Source of the DNA: an uncultured delta proteobacterium
GTDB lineage: Bacteria; Desulfobacterota; Syntrophia; Syntrophales; Smithellaceae
Assembly (NCBI GenBank): GCA_963753975.1
Contig: CAVWEH010000002.1
Location: 160,001-224,000, forward strand
Length of the DNA: 64,000 bases
Reading direction: 5' to 3'
The notes beneath the pieces were generated by a model. That model made no database searches. It was not told the origin of the DNA and worked only from the letters and a program-made list of their open reading frames with translations. A program made the translations under genes and the position numbers. Positions 35,478-44,519 of the stretch are shown here, piece by piece. How positions within the stretch are numbered: the first letter of the stretch is position 1; each line of letters begins with the position of its first letter.

Positions 35478-35665
35478 TATCATTTTCTATTTCGGCTAAC
35501 TTTGTTGGCTTCGTCGTCGACTTCTTCAGCATATTAGTAATATGCCTCGTCGTATCCTCCTTGCCCCGCTGTTGAGGGACAGTTCAACTAACGATTTCCA
35601 GTTCACTGCGTTCCTGGGAATCGAGTTTCACTGCCGCCGCGTTATCCTTTGAATAAAATGATATT
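35476..35665. repeat. Hairpin repeat family Z copy 1, with a nested 70-bp family X insertion (35566-35635)
   Basis: Core similar to 62009-62130; outer inverted repeat AATATCATTTT/AAAATGATATT. Confidence 0.85.
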
Positions 35666-35740
35666 AAAAAAGAATGCAAATTTAGTAAAAAAGATCATAC
35701 ACTGAACCAATTTTATTGAGTATTTTATAAGTTGGCTTCC

Positions 35741-36460
35741 ATGAAATATGAAGAAAGAACTTATAGAAATTTAATCTCCAAAGACAATCTAAAATCATAC
35801 AATGTCGCTATCGCCGAAAGCGATCTTTTCATAAGTTCGGATAGTGATCTTTCGTTGCAAGCAAAAAAATCCTTACTTCATCATCGTTCATTATTAGAAA
35901 ATTATATTAAAAAACATCCTCTATTTTTGACATCTCTGCTGCCGTTGCCCACAGATAATCTAGCCCCGCCTATTGTAAGGGATATGTTAATTAATTCCAA
36001 TATTTGCGGGGTAGGGCCGATGGCTGCAGTTGCCGGAGCAATTGCTCAATTTGTGGGCAAAGATCTTATTGCTTTAGCAGAAACGCTAATAATCGAAAAT
36101 GGGGGGGATATATTTCTTAAAGCCAAAGATAGATTAACTGTTTCCGTGTATGCCGGAGAATCGCCCTTAAGTTATAAAGTAAATTTTGACGTAAAACCTG
36201 AAAAAAGTCCTTTGGGTATTTGTACTTCGTCGGGGACAGTCGGACCATCTTTGAGCTTCGGGAAAGCTAATGCAGTTTGTGTAATTTCCCCATCAGCGTC
36301 ATTGGCCGATGCGGCCGCTTCGGCTATCGGCAATAAAGTCAAAAGTAAAAGCGATATAAAAAAAGCGCTAGCTTTTGGGATAAAAATTGAAGGCGTTAAC
36401 GGGGTAATAATTATTTACGGAAGCGAAATGGGAGCAATAGGAGAGGTTGAATTTGTCTGA
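35741..36460 (+). CDS. UPF0280 / ApbE-like protein
   Basis: VGPMAAVAG, IENGGDI, GICTSSGTVG.SLSFG.A.A, LADAAA. Confidence 0.9.
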   Translation: MKYEERTYRNLISKDNLKSYNVAIAESDLFISSDSDLSLQAKKSLLHHRSLLENYIKKHPLFLTSLLPLPTDNLAPPIVRDMLINSNICGVGPMAAVAGAIAQFVGKDLIALAETLIIENGGDIFLKAKDRLTVSVYAGESPLSYKVNFDVKPEKSPLGICTSSGTVGPSLSFGKANAVCVISPSASLADAAASAIGNKVKSKSDIKKALAFGIKIEGVNGVIIIYGSEMGAIGEVEFV

Positions 36461-36805
36461 ATGTTCGTTCTGCTGGTTCTATCATTTTACCTGTCGAAAA
36501 GGGGCCTGTCTATCGTATTCAGCGAAAAGAGGGAGAATGCTCTTGTAATCAAGAAAAGTGTTTTCAATGTCGTTAGACATCCAATATACTTAAGCGAGAT
36601 TCTGCTTTATCTCGGCCTTCTGATGCTGAGTATCTCATTGGCTGCTGCAATGGTGTGGGTTATTGCGGTCGTGTTTTTGCATTACATCTCGCATTATGAA
36701 GAAAAGCTGCTGCTTGTCCGGTTTGGCCCGGAGTATGAACAATATATGCGCGAAGTGCCAATGTGGATCCCGCGATTTTGGAGGTGGAGTTCGTTTAAAA
36801 GATGA
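36461..36805 (+). pseudogene. Isoprenylcysteine carboxylmethyltransferase/PEMT-family membrane protein, likely 5'-truncated
   Basis: VVRHPIY, EEKLL...FG.EY.QY...VP; starts immediately after the previous stop. Confidence 0.65.
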
Positions 36806-37232
36806 AATACTCAATTCGACAAATGTCTATCCGTGATTATGAAGCCGTGGTTTCCTTATGGCGTGGAATCTCGGGTATCGGACTGGATGATGACAGCGAT
36901 TCCCGGCCGGCATCGCCCGCTACCTGAAACGTAATCCCGGGCTCAGTTTCGTGGCGCAGGTTCAAGACATGATCGTCGGGACTATTCTTTCCGGTCATGA
37001 CGGCAGACGCGGGTATCTCCATCACCTCGCCGTTGCTGCAACACACCGCAAGCTGGGCATTGGTAAAACACTGACTTTTAGATGTCTTCGAGCTCTGGGC
37101 AAACAAGGCATCCCGAAGTGCAACATTTTCCTGTTGCGCAGCAATTTCAGAGGCAGGTCTTTCTGGAAGCACAATGGCTGGAATCTTCGCCAAGACCTGA
37201 GTGTGCTCCAGAAGAAGACGAAGGATTTCTAA
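36802..37232 (+). CDS. GNAT acetyltransferase (YpeA-like); -1 indel near 36910
   Basis: MKYSIRQMSIRDYEAVVSLW, then shifted frame RNPGLSFVA...GHDGRRGYLHHLAV...RKLGIG. Confidence 0.8.
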
Positions 37233-37315
37233 CCAGCCGGTGGACTTTATGGGCGACAAGCGTCGAAAAGTCACCGGCACTGTTCAAATCGAAAAAGAGA
37301 AAGGGGAAGAGACAC

Positions 37316-37576
37316 ATGAAACTCAATATTAAAGCATTCGCATTGACTTGCGGCATTCTCTGGGGACTGGGACTATTTTTCCTAACCTGGTGGATCATCG
37401 CGTTTGAAGGGCCAAGCGTGGTTCCTACACTTATCGGCAGACTCTACCGAGGCTATACGATTACTCCTGTCGGCAGTGCAATAGGGTTGATCTGGGCGTT
37501 TTTTGATGGCCTGGTTGGAGGCGCCATATTTGCCTGGCTCTACAACAAAATAATGGATTTTGTAGGCTCCAAGTAG
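37316..37576 (+). CDS. Small membrane protein (family often labelled 'bacteriophage holin')
   Basis: MKLNIKAFALTCGILWG...Y.GY..T..GS.IG..W.F.DG...G.IFAWLYN. Confidence 0.75.
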   Translation: MKLNIKAFALTCGILWGLGLFFLTWWIIAFEGPSVVPTLIGRLYRGYTITPVGSAIGLIWAFFDGLVGGAIFAWLYNKIMDFVGSK

Positions 37577-37594
37577 GTACGAGAAAGCTAGATA

Positions 37595-37906
37595 ATGAGA
37601 ATTGACTGTTATTTGTCTCCGGAATGTGCTTCCGAAGAGGCTTTGCGGAAAAATATCACGCGCGCATTGGCCACCGAAAAGATCGAGGCGGAGCTGAGTG
37701 TTTACAGAATAGATAACGAAAAAGCTATTGCTCTGGGCGTAACAGGGTCGCCTTCAGTCTTCATCAACGGAAAGGAGTTGCAGCCACAGGGATTAGTCGG
37801 GTTTTCCTGAAGGATGTTCAGCGACGAGTCTGGAAGACTCACCAATATACCCACAGTGGAAACAATTCGATCGGCAATTAGAGAACACAACGTCTCCGCA
37901 AAATAA
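37595..37906 (+). CDS. Thioredoxin-fold probable selenoprotein (UGA at 37808-37810 read as Sec)
   Basis: C..C N-terminus, GSPSVFING, GFS-TGA-RMF; frame stays open 31 more codons; SECIS-like hairpin follows. Confidence 0.75.
37826..37840 (+). promoter_or_regulatory. Bacterial SECIS-like hairpin
   Basis: GAGTCT-GGA-AGACTC, apical G about 22 nt after the UGA. Confidence 0.65.
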
Positions 37907-38169
37907 TAATTATTTATGGAAGTGAAGCGGGAGCGATAGGGGAAGTTGAGTTGGTTTAATTTGTTCGAAATCGTGATAAGTGTATTATCATTCGCATCTA
38001 AGCTGCTGCTTGAAAAAATTAAATCAATATAGTAAAATAACAAAAAAAGATTATACGAATATTGATAAAGAAAAAGCTAGTGTAAATGAATTCGTACTTC
38101 TTAACATCATGATTTTATATAGAAAAATTTAATTGTTTATGCTTTTATTCAAGACGACATACAAACATT

Positions 38170-38697
38170 AAGGGCAAGGTATTTGCGCTGCTGCTCATAA
38201 TTCTATTAGCCCTTGCATCGCTTACCGGCTATCTGTATCTTACTAATAAAATTACTGTCGGGGAAAGGCAGATAGTTGCTGGCCAAAGACAACTCAAAAA
38301 AGGTCAGCTCATGCTCAAACAGGGAAAAACCAAACTGAAATTAGGCAAGGAAGAATTGTCACAAGGTAAGAAAGAATATGAGAAAAGTAAAGGCAATGTA
38401 TTCCTGGTAATGACGGATAAACTACTGAAAGACGGAAAAGGTTTCCAGCAAGGTAAAACGCGGATCGCTGAAGGACAAAGGCAGGTTGCCAAAGGAGAGC
38501 GCATGATCTACTTTGCGGAAATGCAACTTGCTGAAGGCAAGCTGGAACTGCGCCAAGGAATGGGACGGTTGAGATTGGCCAAGGGCATATGCTTTGTCTG
38601 TGCAATTGGCGTGGTTTTTTTCATCTCTCTATCGCTTCTTCTCTGGTTGTCTTGTACCAGATCACTGGTTCAAATCTTCTTGCATTCTGATGCTTAA
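38170..38697 (+). CDS. Membrane protein with Gly-heptad coiled coil; true start unclear
   Basis: Frame is open upstream of ATG 38311 through a TM segment (KVFALLLIILLALASL); G every 7 residues; C-terminal TM. Confidence 0.6.
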   Translation, partial: KGKVFALLLIILLALASLTGYLYLTNKITVGERQIVAGQRQLKKGQLMLKQGKTKLKLGKEELSQGKKEYEKSKGNVFLVMTDKLLKDGKGFQQGKTRIAEGQRQVAKGERMIYFAEMQLAEGKLELRQGMGRLRLAKGICFVCAIGVVFFISLSLLLWLSCTRSLVQIFLHSDA

Positions 38698-38823
38698 CTG
38701 GTGCTTCCGAAGATACCGTATATCTTCAGGGGATCTTCACTCGTTCTGTTATACAAAGAACCACATTCTTATTATCATTCTCGACTTGACGCGTAGAGCT
38801 TCAATTGTTTCAGCAAAAAAATA

Positions 38824-38851
38824 TTGACAAAGCGGGGAAGGGGGATACTAT
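38824..38851 (+). promoter_or_regulatory. sigma70 promoter upstream of the patatin remnant and DUF5343/HEPN pair
   Basis: TTGACA-16 nt-TACTAT. Confidence 0.6.
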
Positions 38852-38939
38852 GCGGACATCTATAAAATTCTACTGTCAATACGTGGCAATAGAATCAAGA
38901 ATAAGATAATATATCCTCCAAGCGCTAAGTTGGACGACT

Positions 38940-39074
38940 ATGACGACTGATAATTCACATATACAGAATTCGGCAGAGGATCGATTCCAAATACTCTCGC
39001 TCGATGACGGAGGAATCAAAGGCCTGTTCTCTGCCGCCGTAATAAAAGATGTACAAGTAAACATTATTAAGTGA
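38940..39074 (+). pseudogene. N-terminal remnant of a patatin-like (CapV-like) phospholipase
   Basis: 44-aa ORF containing RFQILSLDDGGIKGLFSAAV (patatin DGGGxxG motif with G->D); no GxSxG. Confidence 0.75.
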
Positions 39075-39106
39075 CAGTTTTAAACAATAAAGAGAGGAGT
39101 ATAAGT

Positions 39107-39715
39107 ATGGCGGCAGAACTTCCGTATCTAGCTTCTTACAAAAATGTTTCTGTACTATTTGAAAAAATATTGACGGCAAAGCAACCAGACGCATTCACCT
39201 TGAAATTTCTCTATGAAACGATTGGGTTAAAATCTATCCCAGACCGTCAATTAATTTCCCTTTTGAAAACGCTTGGTTTTTTGGATCCGTCTGGACGCCC
39301 AACCCAATCTTATGCTAAGTTAAAAAATAATAGTGAGGCTCCTTTCGCAATAGCAGCGGCAGTTCACAAAGCATACGAACCTCTCTTTGCGGCAAACGAA
39401 AATGCTAACGAGCTTTCTGGAGATGCCCTAAAAGGATTGGTCGCACAAGTCGCAGGAACTGACGCAGGCATTACTGCGAAAATTACAGGCACATTCAATG
39501 CGCTCGTTAAAAATAGCAATTTTTCTAGACCACCGGCCAGTTTGTCATCAGCGGAGAAAAACAAGAAGGAAAAAGAAAAAAGTGGAATTCAAGAATTAGA
39601 TAAAGGTTCTTTTAGACCGGAGTTTCATTATAACATTCAAATTCATCTTCCATCAAATGGAACTGAGGAAACTTATTTAAATATCTTTAATGCTGTACGA
39701 AAGGTTTTTAAATGA
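39107..39715 (+). CDS. DUF5343-like protein (202 aa)
   Basis: AGAGGAG RBS; LPY...LFEKI..A..P..FT..FL...LKTLGFLD.SG.PT..Y; tail FHYNIQIHLP...IF. Confidence 0.75.
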   Translation: MAAELPYLASYKNVSVLFEKILTAKQPDAFTLKFLYETIGLKSIPDRQLISLLKTLGFLDPSGRPTQSYAKLKNNSEAPFAIAAAVHKAYEPLFAANENANELSGDALKGLVAQVAGTDAGITAKITGTFNALVKNSNFSRPPASLSSAEKNKKEKEKSGIQELDKGSFRPEFHYNIQIHLPSNGTEETYLNIFNAVRKVFK

Positions 39716-40278
39716 TTAACGATGAACGCCTTGCCCTTTTTTTAATGTTAGGCCAATCTGGGCAACGAACACTCGATGAAATGCCCGAGATTGCTCCGCC
39801 TGAATCACTTTTGCTTTCTGATTCTTACGATCTTGCGACACTTCTTCCATCAAGTGTGCGAAGAGCTATAAATGCCGCCGAAACTTATAAACTTCTGTTT
39901 GTTTTTGAGGAATACCTTCGTGATTTTGTCATTGGTGTATTGACCAGCGATACTTCATCGGAGTGGTGGGCTAAAGTTCCAGAGGATGTTCAACAAGAAG
40001 TCACAAAACTTGAGGAAACAGAAGAAGCAAAAAGTTGGATGGCGCTCAGTTCACGAGGTAAAGCTGCTTTAATGACATATCCTCAGCTTTTGAGAACTAT
40101 TGATCATCGGTGGAAGGAAGACTTTGAAGAGATCATTCGGGACAAATCTCTCATTCAAGAAACAAGATTAATTTCTCATTTACGCAATACTATTTGCCAC
40201 ATGACTGTGATATCAGAAGAGGAAATGAATCGAATCCGTCAGACAATTCGTGATTGGTTTCGTGTAATAGCCCCATAA
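39712..40278 (+). CDS. Swt1-like HEPN domain protein (predicted RNase)
   Basis: Y.LLFVFE..LR.FV, EWW..VP, intact RxxxxH (RNTICH); ATGA overlap with the upstream gene. Confidence 0.8.
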   Translation: MINDERLALFLMLGQSGQRTLDEMPEIAPPESLLLSDSYDLATLLPSSVRRAINAAETYKLLFVFEEYLRDFVIGVLTSDTSSEWWAKVPEDVQQEVTKLEETEEAKSWMALSSRGKAALMTYPQLLRTIDHRWKEDFEEIIRDKSLIQETRLISHLRNTICHMTVISEEEMNRIRQTIRDWFRVIAP

Positions 40279-40341
40279 AGAAAATTGCCAAGCAATGATC
40301 GGGTGCGTTTTAGTGGCGCGAATTGATATTTGAACACATCA

Positions 40342-40369
40342 TGTTTACATAACATATCTTATAAGACAT
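40342..40369 (-). other. dif: Probable dif (XerCD) site
   Basis: ATGTCTTATAA-GATATG-TTATGTAAACA, 11-6-11 layout like E. coli GGTGCGCATAA-TGTATA-TTATGTTAAAT; intergenic at a gene-orientation convergence. Confidence 0.7.
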
Positions 40370-40446
40370 AGCCATTTTAAGGCCAAAGTCATTAAAGCAA
40401 CTAATTCTATTGCACTTTTGAGTAAATCTCGGTTGTCGTGATGGTT

Positions 40447-41403
40447 TTACAGCCCGTCGTCGGATAATTGCTTGATTAATTTCGCCTGACGCTCGGAAAG
40501 TTTGCTGGGAACTTCAATATTGATTTTTACGTATTGATCTCCCTTGCCGCCGCCTTTAAGTCCCGGAACACCGTAGCCCTTCATTCTTATCTTCGTGTTG
40601 TTTTGCGTGCCGGGACCTAGTTTCAGCCTTTTTGTGGCACCGTCCAAAGTAGGAACATCAATAGTTGTTCCCAACGCGGCCTGGGTAAATTTGACGGTTT
40701 TTTCGACGTACAAGTCATTACCGTCGCGGGAAAAGATGGGATGAGGCAAGACACTGATATTTAAATATAAATCACCACTAGGACCGCCATTGTGGCCGGA
40801 AAGGCCTTTACCGGGTAATCTTAGCTTTTTGCCGGTGCTGATTCCGGGCGGTATTTTAACACTTATATCTTCAATACGATTTTCGAGCTGAAAAGAGATC
40901 TTTTTGTCGGCGCCAAATACTGATTCCTCCAAAGAAATTGACAAGTTATACTCGGCATCCTGACCTTTTTGCGGCATGTTGGCGTATTGCCGGCCACCAC
41001 CCATAGAGCCAAATAGACCGGCAAAGGGATCGTCATAATCCTCTCCGCCTGTTCCTCCCCTTCTGGTCGTGCGAAATGTAGTTCTGCCTCCGCCTCTCGC
41101 CCCGCCAAAACCGAAACTGCGTAGTATTTCATCCAGATCGAAGCCGCGGAAAATATCTTCCTGTGAATACTGCTGGCGATATTGGTCGGCCGAACCGAAG
41201 GTATCGTATTCCTGGCGTTTTTTGGGGTCGCTTAAAACTGCGTAAGCTTCGCTTATTTTTTTGAATTTTTCTTCAGACGCTTTTTTATTAGTGGGATTCT
41301 TATCCGGATGCCATTTGACGGCCAACTTACGGTAGGCTTTTTTAATTTCATCAGCGGAGGCCTTTTTATCGACCCCTAAAACCTGATAGTAATCTTCTGC
41401 CAT
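40447..41403 (-). CDS. DnaJ-class chaperone without Zn finger (CbpA-like)
   Basis: [13 protein letters not shown] region, C-terminal DnaJ domains. Confidence 0.92.
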   Translation of the reverse strand: MAEDYYQVLGVDKKASADEIKKAYRKLAVKWHPDKNPTNKKASEEKFKKISEAYAVLSDPKKRQEYDTFGSADQYRQQYSQEDIFRGFDLDEILRSFGFGGARGGGRTTFRTTRRGGTGGEDYDDPFAGLFGSMGGGRQYANMPQKGQDAEYNLSISLEESVFGADKKISFQLENRIEDISVKIPPGISTGKKLRLPGKGLSGHNGGPSGDLYLNISVLPHPIFSRDGNDLYVEKTVKFTQAALGTTIDVPTLDGATKRLKLGPGTQNNTKIRMKGYGVPGLKGGGKGDQYVKINIEVPSKLSERQAKLIKQLSDDGL

Positions 41404-41452
41404 AGATTGGTATACCTAAAATGTTATAATTAAATGTATTCGACTTGTTAAT

Positions 41453-42038
41453 TTAGGCACTAATTCCCATTTGAAAAGCCGCTAAATTCATTTTTATTAA
41501 CTTTTCCGGAAATAATTTCTTAATAGTTTTTTCCCAAGTAGTTGAATTTATTTCCATTAAATTGGAAGCGACGCCCAAGAGGACGACGTTAGCAGCTTTG
41601 ACGTTTCCCGACTTCTGGGCGAGCTCAGCGGCAGTCGATTTCTTTGACGGATTTGTACCGCTCCTTTAAAAACTTAATAATATCCTTTGGATAAGGCAAA
41701 TCTCCCATATTTACTGCCGGGGGATAAATTTTTTCGCTGTTTACGATAATCGAAGCATCTTTTTTCAAATAATTCAGATAACGCAGGGTTTCCATTTTTT
41801 CAAAAGCTATAAGAATATCAACACTTTCAGGCTTAGCCAAAGGAGAATAAACCTTGCTTCCATAACGGACATGGCTGGTAACACAGCCACCGCGCTGAGC
41901 CATTCCGTGGACTTCGCTCTTTTTGACATCAAAGCCGGCATCCATTAGTGCCTCGCACATGATGTCGCTCGCTCTTATAATTCCTTGCCCGCCGACGCCG
42001 GCCAACAATATGCTTTTTGTTTTAATATTATCCGTCAT
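41453..42038 (-). CDS. iorB: Indolepyruvate:ferredoxin oxidoreductase beta; +1 indel near 41633
   Basis: GVGGQG, EVHGMAQRGG; shifted frame continues GNVKAANVVLLG...NLAAFQMG to TAA at 41453. Confidence 0.9.
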
Positions 42039-42053
42039 AACTTCTTGTATACA

Positions 42054-43814
42054 TTAGCTTATCGCTTCAGATTTGCATATCTGCATGCATAAACCGCAGC
42101 CGTTACAGAGATTTTGATCAATTATCGCTATCCCTTCCCTCTTCGAACCTTCTTTTTTCTCAACTTTTTGCCAGGAAATAGGCGGGCAACCAAGCCCGAG
42201 GCATACTCGACAGCCGGTGCATTTGTCAGGATCTATTTGCAGTGACTTTTGATTCTTTGTTTTTGCCCTTTTAAACAAAACACAGGGACGCTGAGATATG
42301 ATTACAGAGGGGCCGTCCTTAGCCAACTCTTCTTTTATGACGTTTCTTGTTTCTTTAAGATCATACGGATCGATAATCTTTATATTTTCAATTCCTAGAG
42401 CAGAAACTAAAACCTTTAGATTAAGCTGTTTTGTCTTCTCTCCTAAGAGCGTATAGCCTGTTCCCGGATGTTCCTGCATGCCGGTCATGGCTGTTGTACT
42501 GTTATCGCAAATAATGATTAAGGCGTTGCTCTTATTATAAGCCATATTCAAGAGTGGCGTTATGCCGGAGTGAATAAAAGTAGAATCGCCGATTACGCCC
42601 ACAATCTTCCCCTTCCCTTTTTCTTTAAGGGCTTTGCTCATTCCATGGGCCATGCCGATGCTTGCCCCCATGCAAATGCAGGAATGCAAACCTTCCAGTG
42701 GTTTCATAAAGGAAAGAGTGTAACAGCCGATATCGCCAGTAACAAAAACCTTTAGTTTGCCCAAAACATAAAACAAACCGCGGTGCGGACAACCCGGACA
42801 AAGATTAGGCGGACGCGATGGAATATTATGCACAGAAGTGATTGACGGCTTAGCTGACTTATTAATCGCATCTTCGATAATCCCGGGATCAAATTCATTC
42901 GTATAAGGAAAGATTTCCTTGCCGACTACTTTGATACCCATCGCCTTGATTTGCTCTTCTAAAAAGGGATCAAGTTCTTCGACGACGAATATCTTTTTAA
43001 CCTTGGCCGCGAATTTGCGGATTAATTTTTCCGGTAAAGGATAAACCATCCCCAATTTTAAATATGAATAATTAGGAAAAACATCCTTGGCATACTGATA
43101 AGGCATTCCCGCCGTGATAATGCCGACGTCCGGATCATTAATTTCCATTTTATTTTCGTTGAATGTTTCCGCAAATTCTTTTAGCTTAACTAAGCGCTTT
43201 TCCACTTCAATGCGCCTTAAGCGTGCTAAAGCAGGCACCATAACGAATTTTTCCGGTTTATATGTAATCGCAGTCTTATCTTGATACGGTAAAGGCTCTT
43301 CGAGAGAAACAAGTGATTTGGAGTGTGAAACCCGGGTTGTGGAGCGCAGGAAAACCGGCGTATCGAATTTTTCACTAATGTCGAAAGCCAGCTTAATGAA
43401 TTCCTTGGCTTCCTGCGCGTCTGCCGGCTCCAGCATGGGAATTTTGGCAAACTTGGCGTAATTGCGATTGTCCTGTTCGTTTTGTGAGCTATGTAACGAA
43501 GGATCGTCGGCGCTGACAATGACCAGTGCGCCGTTGGTGCCGGTATAACTCACGGTAAAAATGGGATCGGCGGCCACATTAACACCGACGTGTTTCATGA
43601 CGGCCAGTGCTTTTTCTCCGGCCAGGGCGGCGCCAATGGCAACTTCTACGGCAACTTTTTCATTGGGCGACCATTCCGCATAGACTCCTTCGTATTTGGA
43701 AAATTCTTCCAAAATTTCCGTACTGGGAGTCCCCGGATAAGCCGCGGCAAACCGGACACCCGCCTCATAAACACCACGGGCAATCGCTTCGTTCCCTGAC
43801 ATTAATACTTTCAA
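42054..43814 (-). CDS. iorA: Indolepyruvate:ferredoxin oxidoreductase alpha
   Basis: GNEAIARG, YPGTPSTE, SQNEQD, CPGCPHR, GDIGCY, two ferredoxin motifs. Confidence 0.95.
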   Translation of the reverse strand: MKVLMSGNEAIARGVYEAGVRFAAAYPGTPSTEILEEFSKYEGVYAEWSPNEKVAVEVAIGAALAGEKALAVMKHVGVNVAADPIFTVSYTGTNGALVIVSADDPSLHSSQNEQDNRNYAKFAKIPMLEPADAQEAKEFIKLAFDISEKFDTPVFLRSTTRVSHSKSLVSLEEPLPYQDKTAITYKPEKFVMVPALARLRRIEVEKRLVKLKEFAETFNENKMEINDPDVGIITAGMPYQYAKDVFPNYSYLKLGMVYPLPEKLIRKFAAKVKKIFVVEELDPFLEEQIKAMGIKVVGKEIFPYTNEFDPGIIEDAINKSAKPSITSVHNIPSRPPNLCPGCPHRGLFYVLGKLKVFVTGDIGCYTLSFMKPLEGLHSCICMGASIGMAHGMSKALKEKGKGKIVGVIGDSTFIHSGITPLLNMAYNKSNALIIICDNSTTAMTGMQEHPGTGYTLLGEKTKQLNLKVLVSALGIENIKIIDPYDLKETRNVIKEELAKDGPSVIISQRPCVLFKRAKTKNQKSLQIDPDKCTGCRVCLGLGCPPISWQKVEKKEGSKREGIAIIDQNLCNGCGLCMQICKSEAIS

Positions 43815-43837
43815 AAGTTTAATTCTCCGGATCAGTT

Positions 43838-44518
43838 TTAGCTGAGAGATGATATTTTGCGCTTAATGAAAAGAGCCATGGAAGGATCCAAGGTTTTTAC
43901 CAAGGCGTTTTGATAATTCTCCAAAGCTTTCTTTTTATCGTTTAATTCCTCATAAATTCGAGCGATGTTGCGGTAACCGATCGCTTCAAAACCGGTATTG
44001 TTGCTTTTTTGCGCTTCCTCAAAATAATTGAGTGCGGATTTAAAATCTTTCTTCTCTTCATAACAATATCCCAATGACGTTAAAGCGAGAAACTTAATTC
44101 CGGCGTCATCAGATTTTGTGGAAGATACAAATTTTTTATAACTATCGGTAGCTTTATCCAAATCACCTGAATTATAATAAATATTACCCATGTGATAATA
44201 GGCCATCCGCGCGCTCCAGCTATGCGGGTATTTATCAATCAATTCCTGGAAAATTTTCATGCTTTCCTGGACAGCCTCAGAAGTTTCTCCGCTTCGGAGC
44301 ATACCCGCCTGAGCCTTGGCGTATATTTGTGCCGCAGTTGTTTGATAATTATTCCAGTAGAGATAAATACCGAACGCAATAACAATAGTTAAAATTACCG
44401 TAGCCGCAATAGCAAAGAAACGAATCGTGTTTTCGGAAATATAATCAAAGATTTTTTCGAAGCTGGATTGAAAAACATCGGGTTCTTTCAATTGTTTTTT
44501 GGATAGTTTTGCTGCCAT
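43838..44518 (-). CDS. Membrane-anchored TPR protein (YfgM-like)
   Basis: LKEPD.F N-terminus, one TM, TPR repeats. Confidence 0.85.
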   Translation of the reverse strand: MAAKLSKKQLKEPDVFQSSFEKIFDYISENTIRFFAIAATVILTIVIAFGIYLYWNNYQTTAAQIYAKAQAGMLRSGETSEAVQESMKIFQELIDKYPHSWSARMAYYHMGNIYYNSGDLDKATDSYKKFVSSTKSDDAGIKFLALTSLGYCYEEKKDFKSALNYFEEAQKSNNTGFEAIGYRNIARIYEELNDKKKALENYQNALVKTLDPSMALFIKRKISSLS

Positions 44519-44519
44519 A

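Larger units (their letters stand above)
36404..37959 (+). mobile_element. Integrase-less islet bounded by a duplicated 57-bp 3' end of the UPF0280 gene
   Basis: 36404-36460 encodes VIIIYGSEMGAIGEVEFV*; 37903-37959 encodes IIIIYGSEAGAIGEVELV*. Confidence 0.75.

Noticed and set aside
36458..36463. Sec readthrough joining the UPF0280 gene to the next in-frame ORF
   Set aside because: The duplicated 3' end has TAA at the same position, so this TGA is a true stop
37316..37576. Prophage (holin-like gene)
   Set aside because: No endolysin, structural or integrase genes nearby
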